Shown: positions 33,078 through 43,779, numbered from the stretch's first letter. The stretch: 64,000 nucleotides of DNA from a bacterium (GCA_963675755.2 CAXXMD010000002.1:2144001-2208000), one strand, 5' to 3'. The notes: generated by a model not told the origin, from the letters alone. A program made the numbers and translations.

Positions 33078-33959
33078 TTACCCAGCAATCAGCAAATTAG
33101 TCCGTTTTACCGCTTCATCAATATGCTCAGTTTTTTCAAATCCAATGGTCATCGCATCAACATTACCGCTGCCCCAGACATATTCCATAGATTTCTGGCG
33201 GTCCGCAATATTAGTAAACTTGCCCATTCCCATTATTTTCATACCAATCACACCAATTCCGCGATCATGTGCTTTTTGGATAATCGGCATTACTTTTTCA
33301 GGAGTATCGTCCATGCGTTCTCCGGTATGATTGATTCGGGTCAAAATCACATCCACCCAGTCACTTTCCGCTGCCGCGTTTAATGCATCAACACTGTGAC
33401 ATGAAACACCATGCGCGCGGATCACACCTTTTTCCTTCGCAGCAGACAAGGTATCTCGCACGCTTTCAAACTCGTTTTGCCAGTCCGCTGAAGTCATGCA
33501 ATGCACAAGCAAGAGGTCAATCCGATCAACGCCCAGTTCCAGTAAAAACCGATCCAGATACTCTTGCGCGTTGGTAAATTGCAGCCAGTCATTATTTTTC
33601 ACCCACAATTTAGACATGATTACAACTTTATCACGGGGTATGTGTTTCTGTAATTCTTTGAAATACTCATGAGAACCATAGATATCGGCAGTATCCCAGA
33701 AATTTATACCTCTGTCATAGGCATGCTGCCCCAGTTTCACAAAACCTTCTTTTCCCAGCTTGGTCTGGTTCGAAACGCGCTTCCAACCCGCGGAACCGGT
33801 CCCCATGGCCAAACGGGACACATGCAAACCGCTTTTTCCCAATACAACCTGACCGACTTTTTCCTGGCTGTTTCCGGCATAAATCGATGAAGCACCTACT
33901 AACGCAGCGCCACCTATAGATTTCTGTATAAACTCACGTCTTGATATACGTTGTACCAT
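33078..33959 (-). CDS. Aldo/keto reductase with a twin-arginine signal
   Basis: SRREFIQKS Tat motif, LGKSGLHVSRLAMGT, DTADIYG and IDLLLVH. Confidence 0.88.
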   Translation of the reverse strand: MVQRISRREFIQKSIGGAALVGASSIYAGNSQEKVGQVVLGKSGLHVSRLAMGTGSAGWKRVSNQTKLGKEGFVKLGQHAYDRGINFWDTADIYGSHEYFKELQKHIPRDKVVIMSKLWVKNNDWLQFTNAQEYLDRFLLELGVDRIDLLLVHCMTSADWQNEFESVRDTLSAAKEKGVIRAHGVSCHSVDALNAAAESDWVDVILTRINHTGERMDDTPEKVMPIIQKAHDRGIGVIGMKIMGMGKFTNIADRQKSMEYVWGSGNVDAMTIGFEKTEHIDEAVKRTNLLIAG

Positions 33960-33969
33960 TCCACTCTCC

Positions 33970-34890
33970 TTACTTTTCCGGCTGTATTAGCGCGTTATAG
34001 GTTTGAGGTCTGCGATTTTTAAATCTGTTTTTAATCCGGTTGGGCTCCATTTTCAATTCAAAGTATACGATTTCATTTGCACCGCCCATGGATTTAATCT
34101 CTCCTCCATTGCTGATCAACAAACTCTGATACGGATTACAATAGATTACCGGAAACCGGTTCTCATAAGCGCGTGTACGCATCAATACGGTATTCCAGCC
34201 ATCTTCATCACTGTAACTGCCATACGCCGGTACAATCAGCGCCTGCGCACCCTGAACAGCCATAATCCGTGCAGGTTCAGGCAATTGTCTGTCATAACAA
34301 ATCACAATCCCTACAATACCAAAGGGTGTATATATTACCGGATATTCATCACTCGCACAATATTCATCCGGATTTATTTCATATCCCTGTGCAAAATGAG
34401 TTTTGGAATAACGACCAATAATATCGCCTTCATCATCAATCATGATAGAGGTATTATACAAGCGGTTACCTGCCCGTTTTTCCAGAAATCCCAATACCAG
34501 AAAAATATCAAGTTCATCTGCCAGTTTACAAGCTTTTTTAATATAGGGACCATCAATCGGTTCTGCAACCTCAATGAATCGTTGGATCTGTTCCTGCCGA
34601 ACAGGTGCAGTCAAATCAGAATTTACTTCATTAATCACGTATCCCTCAAGTACTCCTTCAGGAGTAACTACCAACCTGGCACCACCCTCTATGGCTGCGC
34701 GTTTTACCATACTCTCAATTCGCTGCCAATTGGTCTCTTTTTGCCATTTTTCCGGCAATACTGCAGCGCTGGCAGCGCGTAAACGGGTAATTACCTGTTC
34801 TTTATCTTTATATTTATCTGGCACAAAATTTTGTGCATTACTTGATACAACAGCGAACAGCAACAATAAAGTTAACCATTTGAATCGCAT
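33970..34890 (-). CDS. Secreted carbon-nitrogen hydrolase (nitrilase superfamily)
   Basis: Signal peptide and catalytic triad motifs TPEG, YSKTH and ICYDR. Confidence 0.88.
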   Translation of the reverse strand: MRFKWLTLLLLFAVVSSNAQNFVPDKYKDKEQVITRLRAASAAVLPEKWQKETNWQRIESMVKRAAIEGGARLVVTPEGVLEGYVINEVNSDLTAPVRQEQIQRFIEVAEPIDGPYIKKACKLADELDIFLVLGFLEKRAGNRLYNTSIMIDDEGDIIGRYSKTHFAQGYEINPDEYCASDEYPVIYTPFGIVGIVICYDRQLPEPARIMAVQGAQALIVPAYGSYSDEDGWNTVLMRTRAYENRFPVIYCNPYQSLLISNGGEIKSMGGANEIVYFELKMEPNRIKNRFKNRRPQTYNALIQPEK

Positions 34891-35137
34891 ATCGTTCTCC
34901 CATAGAATCCATTTATCAATAAATTAATAAATGAATATTATAATCCAACATAATTTTTCAACATGTACTCAACAACTGCAAATCAATACAAGAGTAATGC
35001 TATCCCCAAAATTGACAATACGATTATTTGCCTAGTAATTTAAAATCTCATCCAGATAATTTTTATTTTTTTCAAATGATTGCACGTGGTCCATTTTTTT
35101 AATGCATTAGACAATACAGATACCCATCATAGTCTTT

Positions 35138-35165
35138 CTCTGTGTTCTCTGTGACTCTGTGGTTA
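35138..35165. repeat. Solo periodic arm (CTCTGTG x3 ending GGTTA)
   Basis: CTCTGTGTTCTCTGTGACTCTGTGGTTA, ending like the GxxExxY right arm (ATCTGTGGTTAA). Confidence 0.5.
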
Positions 35166-35287
35166 GTTTCTTCTCAATGGAAATTTATATTTAAGGCATT
35201 ACCAAAAGAATTATTTTGTGCTTGTCTGCCTACTGGCGGATGTTTCGTAGGAATTGTATTGAGGAATTTATTAGAGACTATGCAAAC

Positions 35288-36301
35288 TTAGAACCGAAAC
35301 GTTCCCGATATTCGGTGAGTATTGGCAAGATCGTGAGGTATAAAAGCATAATCAATGCTATAGCCTTTGAATCGCAGTCCCGCGCCCGCGGTTACATTTT
35401 CCAGATAATAACCCGCACGTACTGAAAGCATGTTAAAAAATTCAAACTCTGTACCTGCATGATAATCATCATAAAATCCGAATTCCTGATCAGCTGTCAG
35501 GGTAATGCGAGTTCGCAATCCCACCATCAAATGCGATGCCGCAACACCCGCACGGTACAATGTTTGTACCAGGTCCGCATTGTTCGAATCCGTGTTCCAG
35601 GTTATACTGGTCCTTGAGATGTCCTGAGCTGAAAACGCAATACCAAACCACGATTTGGCCATTCCGCGGTAATATTTATCGCTTACTATGCGCAATATGG
35701 CTCCGGCATCCACTCCCTGGCCGCTGCCGCTCTTGTCATCCAGATTGTGTATAATGTATTTTCCTGAAAATCCCATATATAACTCGAGCGGAATTCTGTA
35801 CTGATTCATGCCCACATTGAAATACAGATCAAAATAATCAGCGCGTCCCAAAGTAAACAGGATTGCATTCTCATTGTTGCCGAAAAATCCTTCCGGTTCT
35901 CCATCTGAACGTAACCGGGGATCAGTCAATCGGTCCAATCGGGTGCCTTGCAGTTCACCATAACGGGGAATATCATCTTCGCCGTGCCGCATCCAGCTCA
36001 ATCCCACAGTCATATTCCGGTTTACCGCCATTGAAACATGGGCAGTATTGTATTGTGCCAGTCCGTCAAACATGGGTACATGATCAAAATGTACGGTTAT
36101 ATGTTTTTCATGTGCCAGTCCCGCAGGATTCCAGTAAAACGCAGTTGCGTCACTGGCAAGCGCGGTAAATGCTCCACCCATTGCCATGGGACGGGCGCCA
36201 ACGCCAATCCGCATAAAATCTGCGGCATATTCTCCTGCAAACACACTGCTTATCAGCAGCAAACAAAGAATACCAATATATGTGGGTTTAAATATCTTCA
36301 A
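35288..36301 (-). CDS. PorV/PorQ (UPF0164)-family outer-membrane beta-barrel
   Basis: FMRIGVGARPMAMGGAFTA...FYWNPAGLA N-terminus and THRISGTFRF C-terminus. Confidence 0.85.
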   Translation of the reverse strand: MKIFKPTYIGILCLLLISSVFAGEYAADFMRIGVGARPMAMGGAFTALASDATAFYWNPAGLAHEKHITVHFDHVPMFDGLAQYNTAHVSMAVNRNMTVGLSWMRHGEDDIPRYGELQGTRLDRLTDPRLRSDGEPEGFFGNNENAILFTLGRADYFDLYFNVGMNQYRIPLELYMGFSGKYIIHNLDDKSGSGQGVDAGAILRIVSDKYYRGMAKSWFGIAFSAQDISRTSITWNTDSNNADLVQTLYRAGVAASHLMVGLRTRITLTADQEFGFYDDYHAGTEFEFFNMLSVRAGYYLENVTAGAGLRFKGYSIDYAFIPHDLANTHRISGTFRF

Positions 36302-36309
36302 TTCAATAC

Positions 36310-39300
36310 CTATTTCAACTTGGCCATTTTTTCAATTTGCTCTATACTTTTTTCGCCCTGTTTTGCCCGAATACGTAAATAATACACGCCATTGGCAACC
36401 TCACGGCCCTCTTCATCCAGGCCGTCCCAGTCATGCTCTACATAACCTGAAATATCTACAAATTCAAACGATCGTATCAACCGTCCCGATACGGTATAAA
36501 TATCCAGCTTGACTTCATCGGCTATATCCGCCAGAGTAAATGCAATGACGGTTTCATCCACAAAGGGATTGGGATGATTGGCAATGGATTCCAATCCAAA
36601 CTCGCTGGCAACAGAAAACTGGATCTGTATCGTATTGCTGTTGCCATTCAAATCCGTTGCTTCCACCTGCAAGGTATGATCTCCTGCTGTGAGATCAGGA
36701 ATAAAAGTAGCTGTAACCTGTCGTTTCTGATCGGGATTCTGATACAGTGTCACCTTGTCATCCTCAACAGCCTGGTTATCCAGACTCAGTGTTACCGGTA
36801 TAGTTCCTACATCAAATCCGCTTGAATCCTGTACACTGATCGTAAATACCGGATTCCGGCCAACAACATCGCCATCAGCAAAGTTCTGTCCTTCTACACC
36901 TACCTGTATAGAGGGTGCTTCACCATCTCCGGACCCCATTAAACTAAAAATAGTATATCCCTGGGGCAACTCGCCTACAACAACGTTTTCCTGTGTTTTA
37001 ATTGTGCTTTCCACACCTTTCCAGGTTTGGGTAGCAGGATTCCAAAAATAAATCTTTAATGCGTTCAAAGCGAGATAATAGGCTGTCAGGGAATCCTGAC
37101 TGTCATAATAAACTGCTGTTTCCATAGCCTGCTGCAACTGTATTGTAGTATCCGCAAACGAGATCTGCATTGCAGACCACACCGTGTCACCCGGAGCATT
37201 AACAGGTGCCAAACCGGCCTGGGTTGCGCTGGTTAGCATGGTTTCATCATCATTCATCACAAATTTAACGGATGATGTTTTTGTTAATCCATTACTCGGT
37301 ATCTTTATATAATAACGCCTGCTGTCATCGTACAACTCGCCTTGTGTTCCACTGGTACGGGATACAACACCGGTTACAGATGTTACACGGTTATTTCGCT
37401 CATCCGATTCAGGGACCACTTCAGCTTCATCTACAATACATACAAGCGTGTGCCTTCCAGATGTTGGACTGTTCCATAAAAAGGCGACCTCGGTCTCTCC
37501 TTTTCCATCCAAACCCGCGACATTCAACGTATCACCAATAGCCACACTACTGGTATCGGTTCGTTCGTACAAATTCACTGAAAACGGGCCACAATCCTGA
37601 ATGCCCCTGTTTTTGATTGTTACATATACAAATGTCTGTTGATCGCCATATACTCTGAATGATTCGGAATCTGCATACAGATCCGGTCGATAAGCCACCT
37701 GAATTTCCTTGGTCTCACTGATTTGTTGGATTTGCAGACCGGTTCGGGCATACACATCATAATAAAGCATGGTGCCTTCAGCAAAAGTCAGGGTTGTATC
37801 GATCTTCCAATAACCGGAACTTTGTTCTATCATTCCCAAATAGTTCCAGTTTTCGCTATCATTTGACCAGCGGACCATCATGGAATCTACCTGTCCCAAC
37901 GTGGCAGTAAGATCTGCCCGGTTTATATTTGCAACAATAAAAAACGATTGATTGTGCAAGGGCTGTTCAGGGAATGTATACAGTGCAGAAACATAGGGAC
38001 GCCCTACACTGAACGTTGTATATCCGGCGGCTTCATTGCTGTTGTTGTTAAAATAAGCGCGTACCCGGCCGTTACCGCCATTATCACCCCATGCTTTACG
38101 GACATTTGCATTGAGATTAAGAACAGTACTGTTAAATGCTCCATTCTGCATCGAAATTGTAGATTCTGTCAGCAGAGAATCAAAATCATTATGCACAGAC
38201 AGAGTTACATTACCACTGCTGTATCCGGGAACACTTCCGGAAACCACAAGGTCCTGGTTATCCAGCAGTGTATTGGTAGATAGCTGCACATTGGCCGTAT
38301 TGTCCGGAATGTATAGTGTCAATGCCGGATCACCCAACAGGTTATAACTTTTAACATGGTCCCAGAAACCCTGGGTTTGCTTGATCATCTCCAGTTTCCC
38401 AAGTGTGGAAACCTGACCATAGGTTCTTACATTCTGTTCAAACAACGCAGTAAATATGGCATTATTGAGATAAAAATCTCCCTGCAAAAATGCGCGTCCC
38501 GAAGATCCAAAACTGCCTACAATTCCTTTATCCTGAGCGGCAAGTAATTCTTCCGCAAGAGAAGGAGAATCAGGATTATCAAAATGCCCGATAAAACAGG
38601 TCAGACTGAAAACAAAGGGATATTTATTATGATTTGCTAGTCTTTCAATATCTTCAATTTGGAACAGTTCAGCATCAGAGAAAACTCCGCCACCACCGTG
38701 TCCCACAAAATTGAGTATAGACTGCCCGCTGTTAATATAATTGGCTACATCTTCGGTACTGCCAAAGTGCCGTGACGTATCAATGGTTGCTACCCAATCC
38801 GTTACCATATACCCGGGTATATACTGTTTATATAAATGTCTTGCACTGGCTTCAAAATAAGGTTCCACACCGGTTAACAACAAAAGATGTCTGCGCCATT
38901 CGGCTGGAGTATATTCCGCTTCATGTGCAATTGTTTTCGAGATCATGATCTCAGCTTGTTCGGGTGAATTGACTGGTAAACGTCCCAGGAACAGATCCGG
39001 CAGATCATCATCTCCAATAATAGATGCCAGATAATTGTCGCTCGAACTCATGCCCCAGGTCTGGGTATATTCCATAAATGTGGGGACAAATGAGGGTAAA
39101 TTCTCATCCCGTGCGATTTGCTTGTCCAGCTTGTGGGTGGTATCACCCAATAAAAGTACATACAAAGGCGAAGGTTTTTGCCAGTTTTGATAAGCGTATT
39201 GTAAAAACTTTTTGATTGCACGGGGATCATGCAAGCCATCACTAAAATCATCAAATACATGCTGAATATCTACAACTTTACTGCGCATGCCGTTAGCCGT

Positions 39301-41148
39301 CCGGTGCGCGGCAAGCTCCTGCGCCTGTTCCATAAAATCGGCATGGCTGATGATGATATAATCCGCACCATTACTGCGGCTCAACAAACCGGATTCTGTT
39401 GCTTCGGTGATAGACACTACCGATTTCAGACCTTCTTCTGTAGCAGCATAAAAAGTTTTTGGCGTAGCGTTATTATCTGAAAAATAAAAACTGTATGTAT
39501 CATCAATCCGTCTGGATTTAATATCTGTAATCCGGGTGCCTGTATTGGTAAACAGAAACAGATCAGGACCTGTAAATCCATCAATTCTAAAAATATCACT
39601 GGTTTGGCTACGATTCATAAATACCAGGGAATCGTTCGTGGCTTTTAATTTCTGTTTAAATTCAATATTGACCCAGTTTAAATAGATACGGTCCAGCAAT
39701 ACACCTTCCAGATCGCCCGGCAGATTGAACGAAACCGTATTTCCCGCATCATTGCCACCAAGAAACAATTCGCCCGAATCAAACACATAGGGCTCCTGAT
39801 TGTCCCAGATCACTTCGTCTATAATTTCGTGATTAAATTTGATCAAAATATGATGGTCTGGAGAAACAGATGTATGGGTAAGCCCCTGAAATGCTGCCTG
39901 GATCCTTACAGGACCCGCTTCCGGCATTCCCGGACCGGGAATCTCAATATCATACTCTTGGCCATCTTCCATCAACTGCCACAACCAGTGGTCTTCATCC
40001 TGCAAGGGCATGGATACCAGGCGGTCATATAATAAATCTTTTTCAAGATGAATGGATACCAGACTGGTATTCAGCGTATCCGTTGAATTGGATCCCGATG
40101 CTCCGGTCACTTGCGCAAAGCGTGCTCCGTTACCGCTGCCCCAGGTTAACCAGTATACATTGGTTTCCGAGAAAAGAGATAAATAGGTATCGTCACCGTG
40201 ATTGTGCTCACCAATGAAAAAAATACGGTCTTCTGCATCAAATTCACCATCCGCATCCCCTTCTACGGAAATAGGAACAACCTGGCCGCGATTGTACATG
40301 GTCAACGTAGAAACCGCAATGGTATTCAAGTCCGCACCGGCGTCTGCCAGTTCCTGGCCGGTAATAGCATAAACACCATCCTGTTCAACACCCAGCTTGA
40401 AACGATATGGCGCATTGATAGCTGTAGTTTTGTTTAGCGTGGAATTGTTTACAATTCTGCCCCGCCACTTGCGGCTGGTATCATAATTGGAAAGAATTTG
40501 TTTATATAAATTTTCTATTTTTTCATCATTACCCAGACTTGCCTGGGTTACCGCCAAATCATTCTTTTTACCGCTCGAAGAAAATGTAATCTCTATTGTC
40601 ATAGAACGCGTGATGTGCAACAAGCCCGCATTTTCCTGATATCGCACAGGATGCAGCTCAACCTGTAAAAGTCGCTGTTCTCTGAAAAATCCTTCAACAC
40701 CCAGCATTGTCGATGTTTCAGGATAAAGTGCGGTAGGAATAATCCGCGTCTCATCAAACACGCTCGTTTCCGCATCAGGCCGGGTAACCAGTTCCGGATT
40801 CCGGACCTCACGGGTATCGGTTTGCTCCTGAACAATACGTAAAGTGGGAGTACCTTGTAACGGAATACCTAACGATAATGCAGTTACCGGCAGGCGCGGA
40901 AGCCCCTCTATATCCGTATACGCGCAATCGGAAAAGGAAATTTCACTGTACCAGGTATTTTCTACCTTTTTTTCAATTACATTTATGGAATCAAAAACAA
41001 TATTACAGCGGATTCGATTTGCTGTATTTTCAATGGTTTCCACAGTAATTGCCAGAGATTGGGCAACCAATAAAAACAGCAGCCCAAATATAAGAAATAC
41101 AGTAGGTTGCAGCAACGCAAACTGTGTCGGCTTTTTTAAAATTTGCAT
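36310..41148 (-). CDS. C25 (gingipain-family) cysteine peptidase, PorU-like, with CARDB and FlgD-Ig/CTD domains
   Basis: C25 propeptide, ADYIII, YVLLLGD, LGRLP, catalytic FVGHG (His) and LTCFIG (Cys), YNLLGDP, ESDERNN (CARDB) and NHPNPF...GVYYLRI. Confidence 0.87.
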   Translation of the reverse strand: MQILKKPTQFALLQPTVFLIFGLLFLLVAQSLAITVETIENTANRIRCNIVFDSINVIEKKVENTWYSEISFSDCAYTDIEGLPRLPVTALSLGIPLQGTPTLRIVQEQTDTREVRNPELVTRPDAETSVFDETRIIPTALYPETSTMLGVEGFFREQRLLQVELHPVRYQENAGLLHITRSMTIEITFSSSGKKNDLAVTQASLGNDEKIENLYKQILSNYDTSRKWRGRIVNNSTLNKTTAINAPYRFKLGVEQDGVYAITGQELADAGADLNTIAVSTLTMYNRGQVVPISVEGDADGEFDAEDRIFFIGEHNHGDDTYLSLFSETNVYWLTWGSGNGARFAQVTGASGSNSTDTLNTSLVSIHLEKDLLYDRLVSMPLQDEDHWLWQLMEDGQEYDIEIPGPGMPEAGPVRIQAAFQGLTHTSVSPDHHILIKFNHEIIDEVIWDNQEPYVFDSGELFLGGNDAGNTVSFNLPGDLEGVLLDRIYLNWVNIEFKQKLKATNDSLVFMNRSQTSDIFRIDGFTGPDLFLFTNTGTRITDIKSRRIDDTYSFYFSDNNATPKTFYAATEEGLKSVVSITEATESGLLSRSNGADYIIISHADFMEQAQELAAHRTANGMRSKVVDIQHVFDDFSDGLHDPRAIKKFLQYAYQNWQKPSPLYVLLLGDTTHKLDKQIARDENLPSFVPTFMEYTQTWGMSSSDNYLASIIGDDDLPDLFLGRLPVNSPEQAEIMISKTIAHEAEYTPAEWRRHLLLLTGVEPYFEASARHLYKQYIPGYMVTDWVATIDTSRHFGSTEDVANYINSGQSILNFVGHGGGGVFSDAELFQIEDIERLANHNKYPFVFSLTCFIGHFDNPDSPSLAEELLAAQDKGIVGSFGSSGRAFLQGDFYLNNAIFTALFEQNVRTYGQVSTLGKLEMIKQTQGFWDHVKSYNLLGDPALTLYIPDNTANVQLSTNTLLDNQDLVVSGSVPGYSSGNVTLSVHNDFDSLLTESTISMQNGAFNSTVLNLNANVRKAWGDNGGNGRVRAYFNNNSNEAAGYTTFSVGRPYVSALYTFPEQPLHNQSFFIVANINRADLTATLGQVDSMMVRWSNDSENWNYLGMIEQSSGYWKIDTTLTFAEGTMLYYDVYARTGLQIQQISETKEIQVAYRPDLYADSESFRVYGDQQTFVYVTIKNRGIQDCGPFSVNLYERTDTSSVAIGDTLNVAGLDGKGETEVAFLWNSPTSGRHTLVCIVDEAEVVPESDERNNRVTSVTGVVSRTSGTQGELYDDSRRYYIKIPSNGLTKTSSVKFVMNDDETMLTSATQAGLAPVNAPGDTVWSAMQISFADTTIQLQQAMETAVYYDSQDSLTAYYLALNALKIYFWNPATQTWKGVESTIKTQENVVVGELPQGYTIFSLMGSGDGEAPSIQVGVEGQNFADGDVVGRNPVFTISVQDSSGFDVGTIPVTLSLDNQAVEDDKVTLYQNPDQKRQVTATFIPDLTAGDHTLQVEATDLNGNSNTIQIQFSVASEFGLESIANHPNPFVDETVIAFTLADIADEVKLDIYTVSGRLIRSFEFVDISGYVEHDWDGLDEEGREVANGVYYLRIRAKQGEKSIEQIEKMAKLK

Positions 41149-41170
41149 AAAATAAAAATTTTTAACGATT

Positions 41171-41449
41171 CTAATTGTCTTCTGATGGATCCTGATTTTG
41201 TTGATTATTAGAAAGCAATTCTAATACCAAATCTGACAATTTGTGAGAATAATATTTCACCCGGGATAATAATTCTTTTTCTTCTTCATCCAGCTTGTCT
41301 TCGACTTCTTCTGATAAAATAGCAAGATACCCCAACAATCCATGAGAAATGGAACGGATCTCATGATTCATCTTTTTTCTGTTTTCATCTTTTGGGCCTG
41401 TTTCATCTTTTTCAACAGGTACTTTTTTCTTGTATTCTAATTCATCCAC
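41171..41449 (-). CDS. Stand-alone HisKA/DHp-like small protein
   Basis: MNHEIRSISHGLLGYLAIL...EEKELLSRV...LSDLVLELL resembles a kinase H-box helix pair. GTG start with GGAGGTG RBS. Confidence 0.65.
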   Translation of the reverse strand: MDELEYKKKVPVEKDETGPKDENRKKMNHEIRSISHGLLGYLAILSEEVEDKLDEEEKELLSRVKYYSHKLSDLVLELLSNNQQNQDPSEDN

Positions 41450-41503
41450 GTATCATCACCTCCGCCTCCCGGAAAGCACACCTCCCAAAGAAGCCATATA
41501 CAG

Positions 41504-42730
41504 CTAAACATTTCTCTGAACAATTCTGTTCCTGAATTTATCAATTGCATATGCCGCACAGACCATCAACAGAGCGTCTATGGGCAGTCTGAATCTGACT
41601 TTGGAAATAAATACTGCATGTAACAAAGTAAAAAAAACTGCATACAAAATCCACAAATTAAACTGGGATCGCACATCAGCGCCGGAAAAGATATATCCCG
41701 CAATTGCCAGCACAAACAGAGGCCCAACAGTGAACAAACTGGCAAGATTTACCAGCGTATTCGAGTCTGCGTCTGTTTCCGTACTGGGCGATGGCGTCAG
41801 GCGCCAGAACCCCGCGGCCTTTGCAGCGGTTAGCACTACAAAACGTCCAGGCTCGGCTTGAATATATTGCAGCGCCCTGAGACGATAAATCCGTTCTTTG
41901 CCGGTTTCCGTTGTAACAGCATCGATTGCGGATTGCATTTCAGCCGGCATTTCAATATCACTGCCGGTGTTCATGGTTGCGTGTTCGTTATTGCCCAGCC
42001 ACAAATTACGATACCCATTGGTGCTGATGGAAAAAGCACCAATCTGTGCCGAATTTCTTGCCATCCACGGAATTACAACGAGCATGACCGCAAACATTAT
42101 AACAGCAATACGGCTCCATTTTTTAGGCAAAGGACGAATAAACAGGACCATCCAGATCAAAACAGCCGCAAGTATAACTGCACCCGAAGGTCTGATCAAT
42201 GTCAATATACCGAATGAAACTCCACAAATCAGCCATACAATGGGACGTTCATCCTTGACCGATATATGCGCAAGCAAGGTCGCGGTCAGCAGCATTGCAG
42301 TAAACAATGTTGTTGCCAGTACCACTGAAGGCATATACAAATAGTAGGGATAGATTGCAGATAAAGTCGCCGCAATCAGACCGGTTTTAACATCCACAAG
42401 CGTTTTGCCTAAAATATAAACCAGCCATATCATCAACGTGCCCAGCAATACATTCAGCACCTTGAATCCCAAAACCGATTTTATTCCTGTCACTACTCCC
42501 AAAGCCAAAAATGCAGGATACCCCGGCGCTCTGAATGCTGTTGGCACACCCTGTGTGTCCACAAATCCATTGCCCTGGGCAATGGATTGTGCCAGATTCA
42601 GATAATCTTGTTCATCCTCCCAACCGATATGACTGCCGCTATGCACCGCAACACCCAGCCTCAACAAAAAGCCTGCAGCCATCACAATCACCAATAAACG
42701 TCCGGGGTTATGTAACCACTTTTTACTCAC
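41504..42730 (-). CDS. GT-C glycosyltransferase (ArnT/PMT, GT39-like)
   Basis: Multi-TM protein with WEDEQDY, TAFRAPGYP, LIRP and RFRLP. Start 42730 or 42751. Confidence 0.8.
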   Translation of the reverse strand: MSKKWLHNPGRLLVIVMAAGFLLRLGVAVHSGSHIGWEDEQDYLNLAQSIAQGNGFVDTQGVPTAFRAPGYPAFLALGVVTGIKSVLGFKVLNVLLGTLMIWLVYILGKTLVDVKTGLIAATLSAIYPYYLYMPSVVLATTLFTAMLLTATLLAHISVKDERPIVWLICGVSFGILTLIRPSGAVILAAVLIWMVLFIRPLPKKWSRIAVIMFAVMLVVIPWMARNSAQIGAFSISTNGYRNLWLGNNEHATMNTGSDIEMPAEMQSAIDAVTTETGKERIYRLRALQYIQAEPGRFVVLTAAKAAGFWRLTPSPSTETDADSNTLVNLASLFTVGPLFVLAIAGYIFSGADVRSQFNLWILYAVFFTLLHAVFISKVRFRLPIDALLMVCAAYAIDKFRNRIVQRNV

Positions 42731-43736
42731 TGTATTTGAATATCCCTTCACCTACAGTTCCTGCATAAATTTGGGGTGAATCACCACCACTGAACGCCAC
42801 AACCTTGGTGCGGGTTGTTGGTAGTCCGGTATTCACATCCGCCCAACTTTCACCACCGTTTTCACTTTTTAAAATGCCTAAATTCTCAGTCGCTGCCCAG
42901 ATTGTTTCAGGATCAAGGGGGTCCACAACTGTAGATAGCACTTTGAAATCACTCTTGTCTTTGGGAAACTGTTCCCAGAAACCACCACTGCTGGTGGTTT
43001 TATATATATCTACGGACCCGGTACTGAGATATATCGTGGTCGTCCGGGTGGGATCAAATGTAAAGCAATTCCCCGCCAGAATACCCGTTTCACTGTTCGG
43101 ATCACCATAAATACCACTGTTTACTGTCTGCCAGGTGTTACCATTATCGGTTGTCTTGTAATTTCCCTGGTACTGCACACCAATAAACAACTCTTTGGGA
43201 TTGGCAGGATTCAAGGACACTGAAATAATATTGTCTTCATCATAGGTCAACGTCCAGCTCGCTCCCTGGTCAGCAGATTTGTACAATCCGTTCTTGGTTG
43301 CGGCCCACAAAAATCCGTTACTGCCCATAGCCAATGCATAAATACGGGGATCAAAGCTATTGTCCCATATCGAGGCCCAACTGTTGCCGCCATTACTGCT
43401 TTTAAAAACGCCTTTGCCCCAGGTGCCCAGAAAAACCAGATTACTGTTATCCGGATGTACCACCAGCGTTTTGGCATCCTGACTGGTCAAACCACTGTTT
43501 TTAGCAGTCCAGTTTGAACCACCATCATCTGTTCGAAACACACCGCCAATGGTGCCCACATATAGTATTTTAGAATCAGATTGAGATGGTGCAATGCACT
43601 GTATGGTTGTGCTGGTTAGACCGCTGTTAATAGCCTTCCATTCCGGTGTTGCCTCGGGCTCTGTGCCGGTGTCTGCACAGCCTGCAAAGAGTATCATTAC
43701 CGATAATATTAATATGTATATTAGATTTCTCATCAT
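42723..43736 (-). CDS. BNR/YCF48-like beta-propeller lipoprotein
   Basis: Lipobox LFAG-C and repeated (S/T)xDGGxxW motifs. Confidence 0.8.
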   Translation of the reverse strand: MMRNLIYILILSVMILFAGCADTGTEPEATPEWKAINSGLTSTTIQCIAPSQSDSKILYVGTIGGVFRTDDGGSNWTAKNSGLTSQDAKTLVVHPDNSNLVFLGTWGKGVFKSSNGGNSWASIWDNSFDPRIYALAMGSNGFLWAATKNGLYKSADQGASWTLTYDEDNIISVSLNPANPKELFIGVQYQGNYKTTDNGNTWQTVNSGIYGDPNSETGILAGNCFTFDPTRTTTIYLSTGSVDIYKTTSSGGFWEQFPKDKSDFKVLSTVVDPLDPETIWAATENLGILKSENGGESWADVNTGLPTTRTKVVAFSGGDSPQIYAGTVGEGIFKYSE

Positions 43737-43779
43737 ATCCCATTATAGTTACAATTAACAATTCAAATATTGATCTTGC

